From: Eledone cirrhosa
Lineage: Eukaryota
Direction: 5' to 3'
DNA length: 64,000 nucleotides
Assembly (NCBI GenBank): GCA_964016885.1
Contig: OZ024743.1
Location: 59,520,001 to 59,584,000 of the forward strand
The position numbers and the translations under genes were made by a program. Below, one piece after another: positions 16,427-30,627 of this stretch. The notes beneath the pieces are model-generated. The model had not been told where the DNA came from. It did no database searches and saw only the letters and a list, made by a program, of their open reading frames with translations. Each line of letters begins with the position of its first letter. Position 1 is the stretch's first letter.

Positions 16427-17726
16427 TCTAAACTATAATAAAGGAAGGTCTGCGGGTTTGCGTACGGTTTACTTTTTTTTATCCCGTTTGTAAAATAAGT
16501 TGGATTATTTTGAATAAATAATTGTTTCTACTTTAGGCACAAGGCCAGCAATTACCCAGTGCATTACTGGTACTTTATTTTATCGACCCCGTAAGGATGA
16601 AAGGCAAAGTCAACCTCGGTGGGATTTGAACTCAGATTATAAAGGGACGTAACTATGCTGGAAAGCATGGCGTCCGACCCTCTACCGATACTGCCAATCT
16701 ACCGCCCTTTTGAATAAATAATGAATGAATATTACATAATTTATCTACTAAATTTCGTGGCTGTTCATTAAATATATTTCGTTTATTTAAAGATTTACTT
16801 CTTTAAAATTTCTGAAATGTAAAAACTTCTGGTGGCGATCGCTTAAATAAACATGCTAATTTTCCGTCACTAATTTTCTCCTAATGCAGTTTATGTATAA
16901 TATCGTCTTTTTTAATGTATCATAGATTACGTTACTGATTACATACGTCTTCGTTCAATTTCTATCTATTATATATTGTCAATTACGATTTTATTTGATG
17001 TATCATATCTACATGTATATATACCTGCGTATTATATCAATATACACATTACACATGTTAGCCGAAAACCACCCTAATGGTGGTTTTTCTGGAAGTATGA
17101 TTTAATAAAGATATCTACTGATATTTGGCCGATGGACCTTTAAGTTCCAAACACCAGCTTAATAATGAGAAAGTTAGTCTGCGTTTGTCAAACATACATA
17201 TACATCAGGTCCAAACACAAAGGAACCAAACTCCCACTGCCTCCGACTCTCTCGCTCTCCCCATCTCTCACTATTATGAGCAAATAGGGTCCTAGTCGCT
17301 GGCTTCCCGGAGGATAGGGTAGAAACGGCGTTTTCCCAGAGAATTGGTTGATTATTAATTATATTCGGACAAAATACTCAGCTTATTTACTCAGATCATT
17401 TCTAGATCTAACAAAACTTCATGCATACGATATTTATCGGGTACCCTAAAATTTATAATACCAGTAATCGGGAAAATGACAGGGAAGTAGTAAACTTGTT
17501 TTCGGGTCCCACATAATTGGGGTGGGGTTGGAATAAATGAGGCGGAATAAGAGGGGAAGATGATATATGTGTGTGGGGAGGGTGAATAAATTATGATGGG
17601 TATTGGAAAATAGGCGCTTTTTCGAGGTTGCCTCCGGTGATGTTTTAAAAACCAGAATTAGTCGTTTAGTTTACATATTGATACGCCAACCCATTCTATT
17701 TATTTTATAACTCATGGGATTGCTAG
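16427..17726 (+). mobile_element. Possible non-autonomous Helitron-type element, interrupted by a SINE
   Basis: Starts TCTAAACTATAATAAAG and ends ...CATGGGATTGCTAGT. ~16750-16920 is homologous to ~19555-19710, which follows a similar ATATATTAATAAAGCTGA start. Confidence 0.35.
16523..16707 (-). mobile_element. tRNA-derived SINE
   Basis: Same family. 15-bp TSD TTTTGAATAAATAAT at 16508-16522 and 16708-16722. Confidence 0.9.
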
Positions 17727-20059
17727 TAATCTACTTTTTGTCATATACAGTGTTTTTAATATATAAAGAATATAAATTGTCGTATGAATGCCTCCAGCGA
17801 AAATAAAATTTCCCCGGAGATAGATTAGCAAAGCTTAATTAGTGGGTTGGGTTGGAATAAAAATGGGTTGGTGGTGGAAAAAATCTTACCAAATTAATAA
17901 GCGGGTTGTGGGTAGGATTATTCAAGAACCGTGAGTATGTTAATGTCGATTAAAACCGGAGGATGCTTTACGCGCGTCAGCCTGACACATTTCGTGTCAA
18001 TGGCATTTTAATCCTGGTGGACCACATATTTTTCCAAAAATAAACAATGCTGGTTTCTCCCATAAAAAGAAAGAAAGGAGTGAAGAACTAATCCCAGTAC
18101 TCGGCTGGTAATTTATTTATTGACCTTCAAGTGAAGTTGTAAATTAATCAATCTGCAGACAGTTAAATGCATTCCAATACAATTATCTGAACACCTTTGA
18201 CAAGCGTCAAATGCGCAGAGATAAATATAAAGTCATAAGCGACATTAGTTATTGAATGATAACCTGTCCCTGCACTGTTTCCTGCTTTTTCATAAACCCA
18301 TTAAAACACTGACAACAAAAGCTCATGTAAACATCCTTCATAATGTTGAGATGTAGTTTCTATAAAAACGTGGTGTGATTTGAAATCAGAACCCGATATG
18401 CCGGATCAAATACATCTCGTTCACTTCCGGCTAACCACAACCCTTATCGGGTACTTTATTTATAGGGCTTATAATGATGATATGCAATGAGGGCCTCGGT
18501 GGCATAGGAACTCAGTAGCATTGGTACATTCCCAGTAATACTCAAGTAGTCATAAAACGTTGCATGGTTCCGTTTCTCTTACTAATTAGATATTAAATCA
18601 TACGTCGCATCTTATATATCGGAAGATACCATTCAATGCTTATATTTGTCGGCTCTAAAATAACTTTATTTTAAAAAAAGCTGAAAGTAATTTACTTTGC
18701 GTTGCTATTTTTCAAACATTAATCACATATATTCTCTAGGGCATTTAATATTTAAATTATTGTAAACCAAATTTAACTACATACATTTATGCAAACACAA
18801 TTTACTCCGTTGATGCGTTTCATATTTTGATAAATATTGAATGATATATTCTGGATATTTACAGAATTCTGACCAATCGATTTGCATGTATGTCGAGGAC
18901 ATTAACATTATCACAGTTGAATGCCCTTAAATTAATATAATGATCATTCGAGTAACATGCTGGTCTTGTTTTCATTAGACTCAAATACCATCAATGCCAT
19001 CTTCGACTAGCATTTCTTACCTATGGGGCAGTGAGCTTATGAATTTGAAATGACTGGTGAAGCGTTAGATATGTTGCCTGTGTGTCTGAGTTCAAATCAC
19101 ACAATAACCTACTTCGTTGTAGATTTAATCAGTTACCTGCAATAACATTACAACCTAGCTTTCTGGTGCCTTTAGAGGAATCGATTGTACTGAAGGCACT
19201 CAAAACAAATCTCAAGTTTGAAGATACATCCTTTACATTTTCACTCCCAACGGGCTTGGAGGCCAGTGAAAACATTCAAAGACAATGCCTTTACTCCTGA
19301 TTAAGAGATAAAAATATAAAAGTTATTGTGTCAACTACCTCGATTATGGAAAATACATTATAATGTCTATTATATAGACTTCAAATACAAATTTTAATGC
19401 TTATACACTCACATACGGATATATATATTAATAAAGCTGACGGCCGTATGTACGTAACAAACCTTTGGCAAAACGGCTGGACCAAACAGCACAAAATGTA
19501 CACTATAGATGTAATCTTTTCTAAGGAAGAAAGTGAGGCTACAGTTGTCTGCTAAAATTCGTTATTATTGATTAAAGATATTTTGTTTATCTAAAGATTC
19601 AATTCTTTAAAATTTTCAAATGTCAAAACTTCCGGTTAGCGATCGCTTAAATAAACATTCATATATTTTGCAGTTTATATATGATATCGTCTGTTTTTAA
19701 ATGTATCATGTATTAAAAGTATGTGTATATTTTCAAACTCTATCTATATTAATAAAGCTGACTACATTACTGGTACTTTATTATATATGATATATAAAAT
19801 ACGACATTCCTCTCTCTTTCTTATTCTGTCTTTTTGGAGAGATACATACCTATAACGTCGAACGCTTATAATATCTGTCTGTATGTCTGCCTGTCTGCAT
19901 TGACTTCGCTTCTAACCAACTTTTAATTAATTACGTATATAATTATATATTTGTGTACATATTTTCAACAGTAATACTAAACTATATATTTTCAACGGTG
20001 ACACTATACAAATCAGACAGCTTATCGTCTGTTTATCCAAGCGAGGCTAGGTACATCAG

Positions 20060-20093
<34 letters not shown>

Positions 20094-20141
20094 ATGCTGT
20101 AGAACACGCGAATGTAGGCGGGCGCCAGCCGGACGGGCCAG

Positions 20142-20197
<56 letters not shown>

Positions 20198-20219
20198 CGT
20201 GTGTGTGTAAAAGAAAACA

Positions 20220-20398
20220 GAAATAACAACACAATCGGTACCATGGAAGGAATATATTAGGTTGAAATAGCAGAAAGAGGGTCTTAACGTTTCGGTGGCA
20301 AGTCCTTTGTCAGAAGAAGTAATGAGAAATAAGATAGATTGAAGTGATGGGTGGGGTGGAATTGATAAAAAATGCATTTAGATAAAAATAACAGGCAG
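20220..20398 (-). mobile_element. PLE pLTR fragment with degenerate hammerhead
   Basis: Homologous to 2110-2290. Minus strand CTGACAA-A-GGAC ttgc CACC-GAAACGTT-AAGA. Confidence 0.6.
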
Positions 20399-20417
20399 AT
20401 TTATGTCGAAATCTCTT

Positions 20418-20461
<44 letters not shown>

Positions 20462-20463
20462 GC

Positions 20464-20494
<31 letters not shown>

Positions 20495-20539
20495 CATGCA
20501 TATATATAAATATATATATATATACATGCATATATATAA

Positions 20540-20576
<37 letters not shown>

Positions 20577-20586
20577 GACATATATA

Positions 20587-20619
<33 letters not shown>

Positions 20620-21237
20620 ACGACAGACTACAAATTAAACATTAAAATACATAGTGTACAATCCTTTTCGGCTTCTGTTCCGGTTCTGCAACTCAGATTT
20701 CAAACATGAAGTTCCAATTTGCCTGTCTCCATTCTAGATCAATATATATACATATAAGTATATAGTTCCACTCAAGAACTGGGGTCTATTCTCTCGCACC
20801 CTCTTTCTCCCCTTCACTCTCTCCTCTCCGGAAGGAATTGCTTGTGCTTAGGCGTTAAATTGGATGGGGCCTGCCACATTAAATTACCGTGTGATAACAT
20901 ATATCACGATTGCGCTTCCACACCTCTACCAATTGTTATGTGTTATTTAGATATGCAAAATATATAATCAAATCAAAAGAAATGTATATTGTAGATTGTT
21001 AGGTGTTTTTCTGGATAGGGGTATATTGTAATCTAGTTTTGGGTTGTCGAATTTTCAGACGAAGAGTATTTTTTCTATTCAACTGAGAGAACAACCTGCC
21101 CATGAAATTAATGTTCAGATGCGTGAGCAATCCACTTTCACACACACCCTTAATGTACTTTCCATTGTGATTCAGCGTGATATAGTGTGTGACTGAGCTG
21201 AATATTGAACGTACATTCATTTCAGCTGATATAACGG

Positions 21238-21341
21238 CAAATAAAGTGTCTTGCTCAAGGACACAAAGTGCTGCCGGGTATCGATCTCAAGGCGTTACGT
21301 GTGTGAAATAAATATATCAACCACTACACCACACGCCTTCA
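21238..21341 (-). mobile_element. Degenerate SINE of a second family (tRNA head plus conserved core)
   Basis: AAGTGTCTTGCTCAAGGACACAA core followed by a reversed tRNA-like head (...CAACCACTACACCACACGCC). Confidence 0.5.
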
Positions 21342-24259
21342 CAATTATATAGCATGTAGTATAAATCATAGCATTTATTCGGTGAACTTAGTGAACTTGA
21401 AATACTCTAGACTGTTATCCTTTTATCGCCTTTGTTCTGTAGAATCCCATTATTAATGACTTAACTTATAACGAGAAATTGATAATCTGCTTCTCCATCA
21501 ATATTTGAACGATAACGATGTTAACAAATCCGCTGATATTTTGGATTTCTTCTATCCGCAGGAAACATCAGGTTCATAACACAAAACATAATGTCACCAA
21601 ATTAAGCTTATCGGGTACATATATTATACATCCTTGTCTCAATATAATGTGAGTAAGCAAAAGGAACTTTGTCTTCCATTCTTGCTGTCGCTAACGAAAG
21701 TCTTTCCAAATATATGTTAGAACCACTCCTGCAATATTGATAACAATAACATTTTTATGATTCATAACGCAGACATTCTCATAATTAATTTGGCTATTTT
21801 AATAACAAATTATGGCTAGTTTAATAACAAATGAGCACTTAACTTTATCTACAGAATATCATTTTGTAAGTCTGACAACAACAGTTCCAGTTGTTTGACC
21901 TGTCTGTTTCGGATGTTAACGTGAAGGTGCCTAAGTATCCCCCGGTACCTCTACCCTTAATGTAATTCGAAGGGAGATTCAGTGTGGTACAATGTGTGTC
22001 CGATGATCCTTTGAAATATTCGAAATAATGTCTCTTTCTCAAACCACCTCTGCGATTTGAACTCGGTGCCTTACAATCGTGAGGAGAAATTTCTAATCAG
22101 TAAACCAGGTGACTTGTATACTGAGTATAGTAAACTGTAGGGAATAGAAATTACGATACTCGTTCACTTATTTGACGTACAGAAAAGGCTATTTCTAAAA
22201 TACTCTACTTCGACAGTTCTTTTTAATGTTTATTTTTATGTTTCCAGACAATATTGTGTTCCCATTTAATTGCTTTTCAATTGTTAGATCCACCACGGCG
22301 CTCCTCTGTTCACCGAAATGCAAGCTAGCGTTTCTAATATTTCTACATCAGCTCACCAAGAAATGACTGATCATGTCAGTATAATTGACTGAATTAAACA
22401 TTTAGCCTTGAGAATTATGTTCCGTTTCAAATAGACACATAAGCAATTTAGGTAAATTAATGCAGTGCTAAATAGTGAAACCTTTCTCACAATAGAGTGA
22501 CTTTTACATACATATTTTGCCTGAAACCAATTATTAATATTAAGATTCCTGAAACAAACCCGTCGCATGAATGTTCCGATGTAATGGAAAGTTTTGCATT
22601 TTCTATGAACAATCCAACAACTAAATGTGGTGGAGGGCATTCTGTTTATATTTTACATATGTTTGCTGAAAGCCATTTCCGTTAGTGCTTAAATGCCTAT
22701 GAATGATTATACATAAAATATTTACACACAAAAGAAAATGGAAGTAAATAAATGCACCCAAGAATTGGATATAAATCCTTCATCAGAAAAGAATAAAGTC
22801 TACTGAGTGAGGAGGGTGCAAAACGGATACTGATAAGATAGACAGACTCTAGTTGATTTTCAGTTCGTTATTTTTAACAACAAAGTAGCTAATTCATTCC
22901 TTGGTTTGTTTCGTAAACAGTCAGTTTATTAATTGTATTATCAAAGCTTATTCGTCATTCAGTTTATGACCTCAGTCAATATTTTGTCTATCTGTATATG
23001 TTCTTCAGCTTGATTCTACACTAGTTTATCCATTTTGTCACCACAGGAATTAGGTTAAGTTATATGTGTAGTCTCATCACCAGTTATGTATGTATCTGAT
23101 GATTCCAAGAATGTCAATCATTGGTGAGATGTTCGTATGTATCAACATGTCTGATATTCACACAGGCCGCTAATGAACAACATGTCTCAACTAGACGAGA
23201 CAAAGAAAGTATATCTTTTTGGACGTTAATATAGTCCTCACTTTTGAATACTTTCACTAGATATTCTGTTTTGCATCTTGACGCCCAGTTTAACTCCTAA
23301 GCAAATCATCTTGAAAACATCCCTTATTGATGTCGTCTGTCAAATAGCACTAAAAAGGGCAATCAAAAAGATATATGTTGGTCTATTTTTCTCTTTTACC
23401 ACATTGTCTTCTTCTCTCGTCGTAGCATAGTTAATTCTACCTATTTCCGGCTCGGCACTTGATGATCTGTGGATTCTGAAGAGGAATATGAAGTTTGCTA
23501 CATTCTTTATGCTCATGTAGATTATCGTGCAATTTTCATTTTTGTCTCATAAACAAGCATCTTTTGGCGATACTTTGCAATCCCATGTATTATATAAATA
23601 AACCGGCCTCTGTTTTGTGAATTGCTTAGGCATGTCGAAATGCCGAAAATAGAGTAGAATCTTTCGAATTTGGAAATTCGGTTAGCATAAGATTAACCAC
23701 GGGAACCACGTCATCAGACAGTAAGTGATTTATAGCAAAATAACTGACTTTGAAGAAAGTACGAGATAAAACGTATTCCTACATGATTTCAACAGTAATT
23801 TTGAAGAAGAAGGTGCTGATGATGATAGAAAAAACTTTGGTTCCGACAATGAACATACAGTAATTCGATTAAATAGATGCCCTACGTTTTAAATTAACAT
23901 GGTGTCGGCGAGTATTCCACAATCATGTTTACTATAAATTTAACTCACAGGCAGAATGATAGTAAGATAATGAATGACATAATTAACTGTTTGAATTAAA
24001 GCTATATGATTAAATCCACACGGTCTCCATCTATGCAAGTTCAGTCGTAACATTTCTATCGATGCAAACCAATGTTAAAATACAGGTTAAAAAAAGAACT
24101 TTTATTAAACCTTGAGCAAAAGCATGCAATACAAAAAAAAAAGATCTTAAACCCTCTCGCTATGTTTCATTTTATCTTTCTTTCACCTGCTAGTGTTTTT
24201 CATTATGCATAGGTATATATATATTATTCCACAATGCTTCAAGCAATCTTCAACACTCT

Positions 24260-24261
<2 letters not shown>

Positions 24262-24310
<49 letters not shown>

Positions 24311-24499
24311 GTGTGTGTGTCCATGTGTGTCTGTGTGTATATATATATATATATATAAATGTATGTATATATATATATAAGTTTGTATATAAATATGTAT
24401 GTATATATATATATATATGTATGTCTATATATATGTATGTATATATATATGTATGTATATATATATATATATATATGTATGTATATATATATATATATG

Positions 24500-24568
<69 letters not shown>

Positions 24569-24768
24569 ATATATATGTATGTATATATATATATAATATA
24601 TATATATATATGTATGTATATATATATGTATGTATATATATATGTATGTATATATATATGTATGTATATATATATGTATGTATATATATGTAAATATATA
24701 TGTATGTATATATATATATATATATGTATGTATATATATATATGTATGTATATATATATATATATATG

Positions 24769-24809
<41 letters not shown>

Positions 24810-24850
24810 ATATATATGTATATATATATATATATATATGTATGTATATA

Positions 24851-24895
<45 letters not shown>

Positions 24896-24896
24896 G

Positions 24897-24927
<31 letters not shown>

Positions 24928-25061
24928 ATATATATGTATATATATATATATATATATTATATGTATGTATATATATATATATGTATATATATATATGTAT
25001 GTATTATATATATTATATATGTATATATATATATATGTATGTATATATATATATATGTATG

Positions 25062-25097
<36 letters not shown>

Positions 25098-25210
25098 TGT
25101 ATGTATATATATATATATGTATGTATATATATATATATATGTATATATATGTATGTATATATATATTATATATATATATGTATGTATATATATATATATA
25201 TATATGTATG

Positions 25211-25248
<38 letters not shown>

Positions 25249-25376
25249 TATGTATGTATATATATATATGTATGTATGTATATATATATATATGTATGTA
25301 TGTATATATATATATATATGTATGTATGTATATATATATATATATATGTATGTATATATATATATATATATGTATG

Positions 25377-25471
<95 letters not shown>

Positions 25472-25519
25472 ATATATACAAACATACATACATACATACA
25501 TATATAAATATATATACAA

Positions 25520-25571
<52 letters not shown>

Positions 25572-25611
25572 CATACATACATATATATATATATAATATA
25601 TATATATATAT

Positions 25612-25660
<49 letters not shown>

Positions 25661-25739
25661 CATACATATATATATATATATATAATATACATATATATAT
25701 ATATATACATACATATATATATATATATATACATACATA

Positions 25740-25775
<36 letters not shown>

Positions 25776-25822
25776 CATACATATATATATATATATATAT
25801 ACATACATACATATATATATAT

Positions 25823-25853
<31 letters not shown>

Positions 25854-25885
25854 CATACATACATATATATATATATACTATACAT

Positions 25886-25919
<34 letters not shown>

Positions 25920-25986
25920 ATATAGTATGTATGTATATATATATATATATGTATGTATGTATATATATATATATATATGTATGTAT

Positions 25987-26047
<61 letters not shown>

Positions 26048-26094
26048 ATATATATATATATATGTATGTATATATATATATATATATATGTATG

Positions 26095-26131
<37 letters not shown>

Positions 26132-26176
26132 ATATATATATATATGTATGTATATATATATATATATGTATGTATG

Positions 26177-26209
<33 letters not shown>

Positions 26210-26248
26210 ATATATGTATGTATGTATATATATATATATGTATGTATG

Positions 26249-26279
<31 letters not shown>

Positions 26280-26312
26280 ATATATATGTATGTATGTATG
26301 TATATATATATG
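24262..26312. repeat. Long (TA)n/(TATG)n compound microsatellite
   Basis: Directly visible; ends at the assembly gap. Confidence 0.95.
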
Positions 26313-26512
26313 NNNNNNNNNNNNNNNNNNNNNNNNNNNNNNNNNNNNNNNNNNNNNNNNNNNNNNNNNNNNNNNNNNNNNNNNNNNNNNNNNNNNNNNN
26401 NNNNNNNNNNNNNNNNNNNNNNNNNNNNNNNNNNNNNNNNNNNNNNNNNNNNNNNNNNNNNNNNNNNNNNNNNNNNNNNNNNNNNNNNNNNNNNNNNNNN
26501 NNNNNNNNNNNN
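26313..26512. other. Assembly gap (200 N)
   Basis: Run of N. Confidence 1.
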
Positions 26513-26770
26513 TAAAAAACACTTGTAGATAGTGCAGTTTTAATCAACAAATGCGCATAATAAAATACATGGAACTCTTTTAACCACTTTTTGTTCTTAT
26601 ATATTATATATACTCCAGTCCTACAAACTGTAGAGTGCTTCTTATCCGATATCTGCATTGCTTTATTGTACTACAATAACACTCACCTCCTACATATATA
26701 TATATATATATATATATATGTACGTATATATATATATAAATATATATATGTATGTATATATGTATGTATG

Positions 26771-26829
<59 letters not shown>

Positions 26830-26957
26830 ATGTATATATATATATGTATGTATATATGTGTATGTATATATATGTGTATGTATATATATATGTAATGTAT
26901 ATATATATGTATGTATATATATATGTATGTATATATATATGTATGTATATATATATG

Positions 26958-26992
<35 letters not shown>

Positions 26993-27066
26993 GTATGTAT
27001 GTATATATATATGTATGTATATATGTTTGTATATATATATGTATGTATATATATACATATATACAT

Positions 27067-27647
27067 ACAGTTGGTGCAACTGGTAACATGTATCCCAGTA
27101 CAACCTGTCTCATGGTCGGGTCGTTGGCGACTAAACTGGCAACCCTACCAAGGTCTCTTGGTGAGGAGGGTGACTTTGGACATCCTGCAAGACTAAAAAC
27201 AAAACCTGTCATAGGGCAAAGAGCTCTTAAGAATCACCGGGAGAGATGACCCTTAGCCTTTGTCAAGGCAGAATTCTAGGAGAAGGAAAAACTTTGATAT
27301 AACACCTGCAACTCTGATGGTATCCAATCATGTTGACTTGTTCTTCTTTTTGGTAAATATCATCTTGGTTAAGAGAGTGGGACTGGCTTTGTGCAGTGCC
27401 TTTTGCTCACTATAAAAGCTTCACGGCACAGGCATTGCTTTATATCTGGAGATCTCTCTGCACTTGTTGTCACATGGTACCATGGGCCCAGCACTATGTG
27501 TCAATAATTGTCACAGGTCTAGAGTTTGTACCAGAGTTTCCAAGTCGCTGGCTTTACTAAAAATCACACTCGTTCAGCGCATCGGTAGGTGTTCTCCTAC
27601 ATGGATATAAAGTAGTGGCCGTACTCGAAGACGAGTTGGCAGCCACC
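27067..27647 (+). mobile_element. RTE-type LINE 5' UTR-like fragment between TA tracts
   Basis: GGCAGAATTCTAGGAGAAGGAAAAACTTTGAT resembles the RTE 5' UTR motif CTAGGAGAAGGAAAACTCTGA (recalled, not searched). No convincing ORF. Confidence 0.45.
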
Positions 27648-27723
27648 ATGTATATATATATATATGTATGTATATATATATGTATGTATATATATATATG
27701 TATGTATGTATATATTATATATA

Positions 27724-27773
<50 letters not shown>

Positions 27774-27858
27774 ATATATCTATGTATGTATATATATATA
27801 TATATGTATATATGCATATATATGTATATATGTATGTATATATATATATGTATGTATG

Positions 27859-27895
<37 letters not shown>

Positions 27896-27942
27896 ATATA
27901 TATATATGTATATGTATGTATGTATATATATATATATATATG

Positions 27943-28011
<69 letters not shown>

Positions 28012-28017
<6 letters not shown>

Positions 28018-28371
28018 CGTAGTTTAGAAAGCCACAACAATGCAGATGGGAAATCTCGAGGTAGGAAGTGAATGATTGATAGCAGAAATAGGAGAAGGTG
28101 AACGTTGAGAGAGACAAAGATGAAAACAAAACAAAGGTAGAAGGGTTACCGTAGTGGAGATTTAATCCCAATATTTCGGGCTCACGCCCATCAACGGGGG
28201 AGAGTTAAAAAAAGGGGGGGGGAACAGGCTAAGCCGGTTTCTCCGGCTTAGCCTGTTCCTCCCCCTGTTTCCCCCACTTCCTACCTCGAGATTTCCCATC
28301 TGCATTGTTGTGGCTTTCTAAACTACGTATTTTACACATTTCACAATGCTTCGAGCAAAGTTTAACACCCT
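28012..28371. mobile_element. Short fold-back PLE pLTR unit in (TA)n
   Basis: 28012-28070 is inverted at 28275-28333. Internal palindrome GGAACAGGCTAAGCCGG/CCGGCTTAGCCTGTTCC. HHR-like CCGTTGA-T-GGGC gtga GCCC-GAAATATT-GGGA on minus at 28167-28199. The 3' tip resembles 24225-24260. Confidence 0.65.
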
Positions 28372-28372
28372 C

Positions 28373-28525
<153 letters not shown>

Positions 28526-28530
28526 TATAA

Positions 28531-28687
<157 letters not shown>

Positions 28688-29020
28688 GTATATATATATA
28701 TGTATGTATATATATATATATATATATGTATGTATAATATATATGTATGTATATATATATATATGTATGTATATATATATATGTATGTATATATATATAT
28801 GTATGTATATATATATATGTATGTATATATATATATATGTATGTATATATATATATATGTATGTATATTATATATATATATGTATGTATATATATATATG
28901 TATGTATATATATATATGTAATGTATATATATATATATATGTATATATAAACAAGGTTTAGCAAATAATGAAAAAAGTTTCAAAATAAATTTTAAAAAAT
29001 TGACTTTACCTACTATAGTT

Positions 29021-29103
29021 ACCTTTACCGATCGGTTTCGAATCCCAAAAATAAACGGAGACCATACGGCCTTCGTTGCAAAGAAAGATTCCCGTCAGAA
29101 GGT
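29021..29103 (-). ncRNA. Type I hammerhead, array copy 1 (A9-to-G core variant)
   Basis: Core reads CTGACGG instead of CTGACGA; otherwise identical to the other copies. Confidence 0.75.
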
Positions 29104-29506
29104 TCTTTTCATTCGAAGAATATAAAATTCTTGAATTTAAATTACGAACTAGCGCTATCCAAAACTGTTCCTGAGATGAGAGTGAATGAAGTGGAATCAA
29201 TTTTTTCAAGGGCCGAAGTAAAGATAGAGGCAGAGGGAGGTAGGTCAAACCGGCCGCAACTATCACTAGCAGCAGTCAGAACGACCCAATTTGTCTCTCA
29301 ACAATAGAGGAGAGTAGTAATAATAGGATATGTGTTTCCTTCACGCACAAGGCGCTAAGGGACGCATGTATTGTCCAACCAAATGCCAATGTGGTTCAAT
29401 GGCAGGTTAATAAATTAACGAGCCAGAACATATATAAACAAGGTTTAGCAAATAATGAAAAAGTTTCAAAATAAATTTTAAAAAATTGACTTTACCTACT
29501 ATAGTT

Positions 29507-29589
29507 ACCTTTACCGATCGGTTTCGAATCCCAAAAATAAACGGAGACCATACGGCCTTCGTTGCAAAGAAAGATTCTCGTCAGAAGGT
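29507..29589 (-). ncRNA. Type I hammerhead ribozyme, array copy 2
   Basis: ACCTT-CTGACGA-GAATC..GATTC-GAAA-CCGATCGG-TA/AAGGT. Palindromic stem III ACCGATCGGT; GUA cleavage triplet. Confidence 0.88.
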
Positions 29590-29992
29590 TCTTTTCATTC
29601 GAAGAATATAAAATTCTTGAATTTAAATTACGAACTAGCGCTATCCAAAACTGTTCCTGAGATGAGAGTGAATGAAGTGGAATCAATTTTTTCAAGGGCC
29701 GAAGTAAAGATAGAGGCAGAGGGAGGTAGGTCAAACCGGCCGCAACTATCACTAGCAGCAGTCAGAACGACCCAATTTGTCTCTCAACAATAGAGGAGAG
29801 TAGTAATAATAGGATATGTGTTCCTTCACGCACAAGGCGCTAAGGGACGCATGTATTGTCCAACCAAATGCCAATGTGGTTCAATGGCAGGTTAATAAAT
29901 TAACGAGCCAGAACATATATAAACAAGGTTTAGCAAATAATGAAAAAGTTTCAAAATAAATTTTTAAAAAATTGACTTTACCTACTATAGTT

Positions 29993-30075
29993 ACCTTTAC
30001 CGATCGGTTTCGAATCCCAAAAATAAACGGAGACCATACGGCCTTCGTTGCAAAGAAAGATTCTCGTCAGAAGGT
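29993..30075 (-). ncRNA. Type I hammerhead ribozyme, array copy 3
   Basis: Identical to copy 2. Confidence 0.88.
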
Positions 30076-30544
30076 TCTTTTCATTCGAAGAATATAAAAT
30101 TCTTGAATTTAAATTACGAACTAGCGCTATCCAAAACTGTTCCTGAGATGAGAGTGAATGAAGTGGAATCAATTTTTTCAAGGGCCGAAGTAAAGATAGA
30201 GGCAGAGGGAGGTAGGTCAAACCGGCCGCAACTATCACTAGCAGCAGTCAGAACGACCCAATTTGTCTCTCAACAATAGAGGAGAGTAGTAATAATAGGA
30301 TATGTGTTCCTTCACGCACAAGGCGCTAAGGGACGCATGTATTGTCCAACCAAATGCCAATGTGGTTCAATGGCAGGTTAATAAATTAACGAGCCAGAAC
30401 ATATATAAACAAGGTTTAGCAAATAATGAAAAAGTTTCAAAATAAATTTTAAAAAATTGACTTTACCTACTATAGTTACCTTTACCGATCGGTTTCGAAT
30501 CCCAAAAATAAACGGAGACCATATATATTCTTCGAATGAAAAGA

Positions 30545-30627
30545 ACCTTCTGACGAGAATCTTTCTTTGCAACGAAGGCCGTATGGTCTCCGTTTATTTT
30601 TGGGATTCGAAACCGATCGGTAAAGGT
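30545..30627 (+). ncRNA. Type I hammerhead ribozyme in the inverted segment
   Basis: Stem I 30545-49/30623-27, CTGACGA 30550-56, stem II 30557-61/30604-08, GAAA 30609-12; predicted cleavage after 30622. Confidence 0.88.

Noticed and set aside
22768-22790. CTGATGAAGGAT..ATCC on the minus strand
   Set aside because: GAAA and stem III are missing; at most a decayed remnant.
29006-30238. Repeated 86-aa ORF in the 486-nt unit
   Set aside because: GTG start, no recognisable motif, and it runs across the ribozyme cleavage site. Identity between copies only reflects the tandem duplication.
28949-30523. CRISPR array or LTR retrotransposon reading of the tandem repeat
   Set aside because: Eukaryotic context, no unique spacers, no TG..CA ends, primer-binding site or gag/pol.
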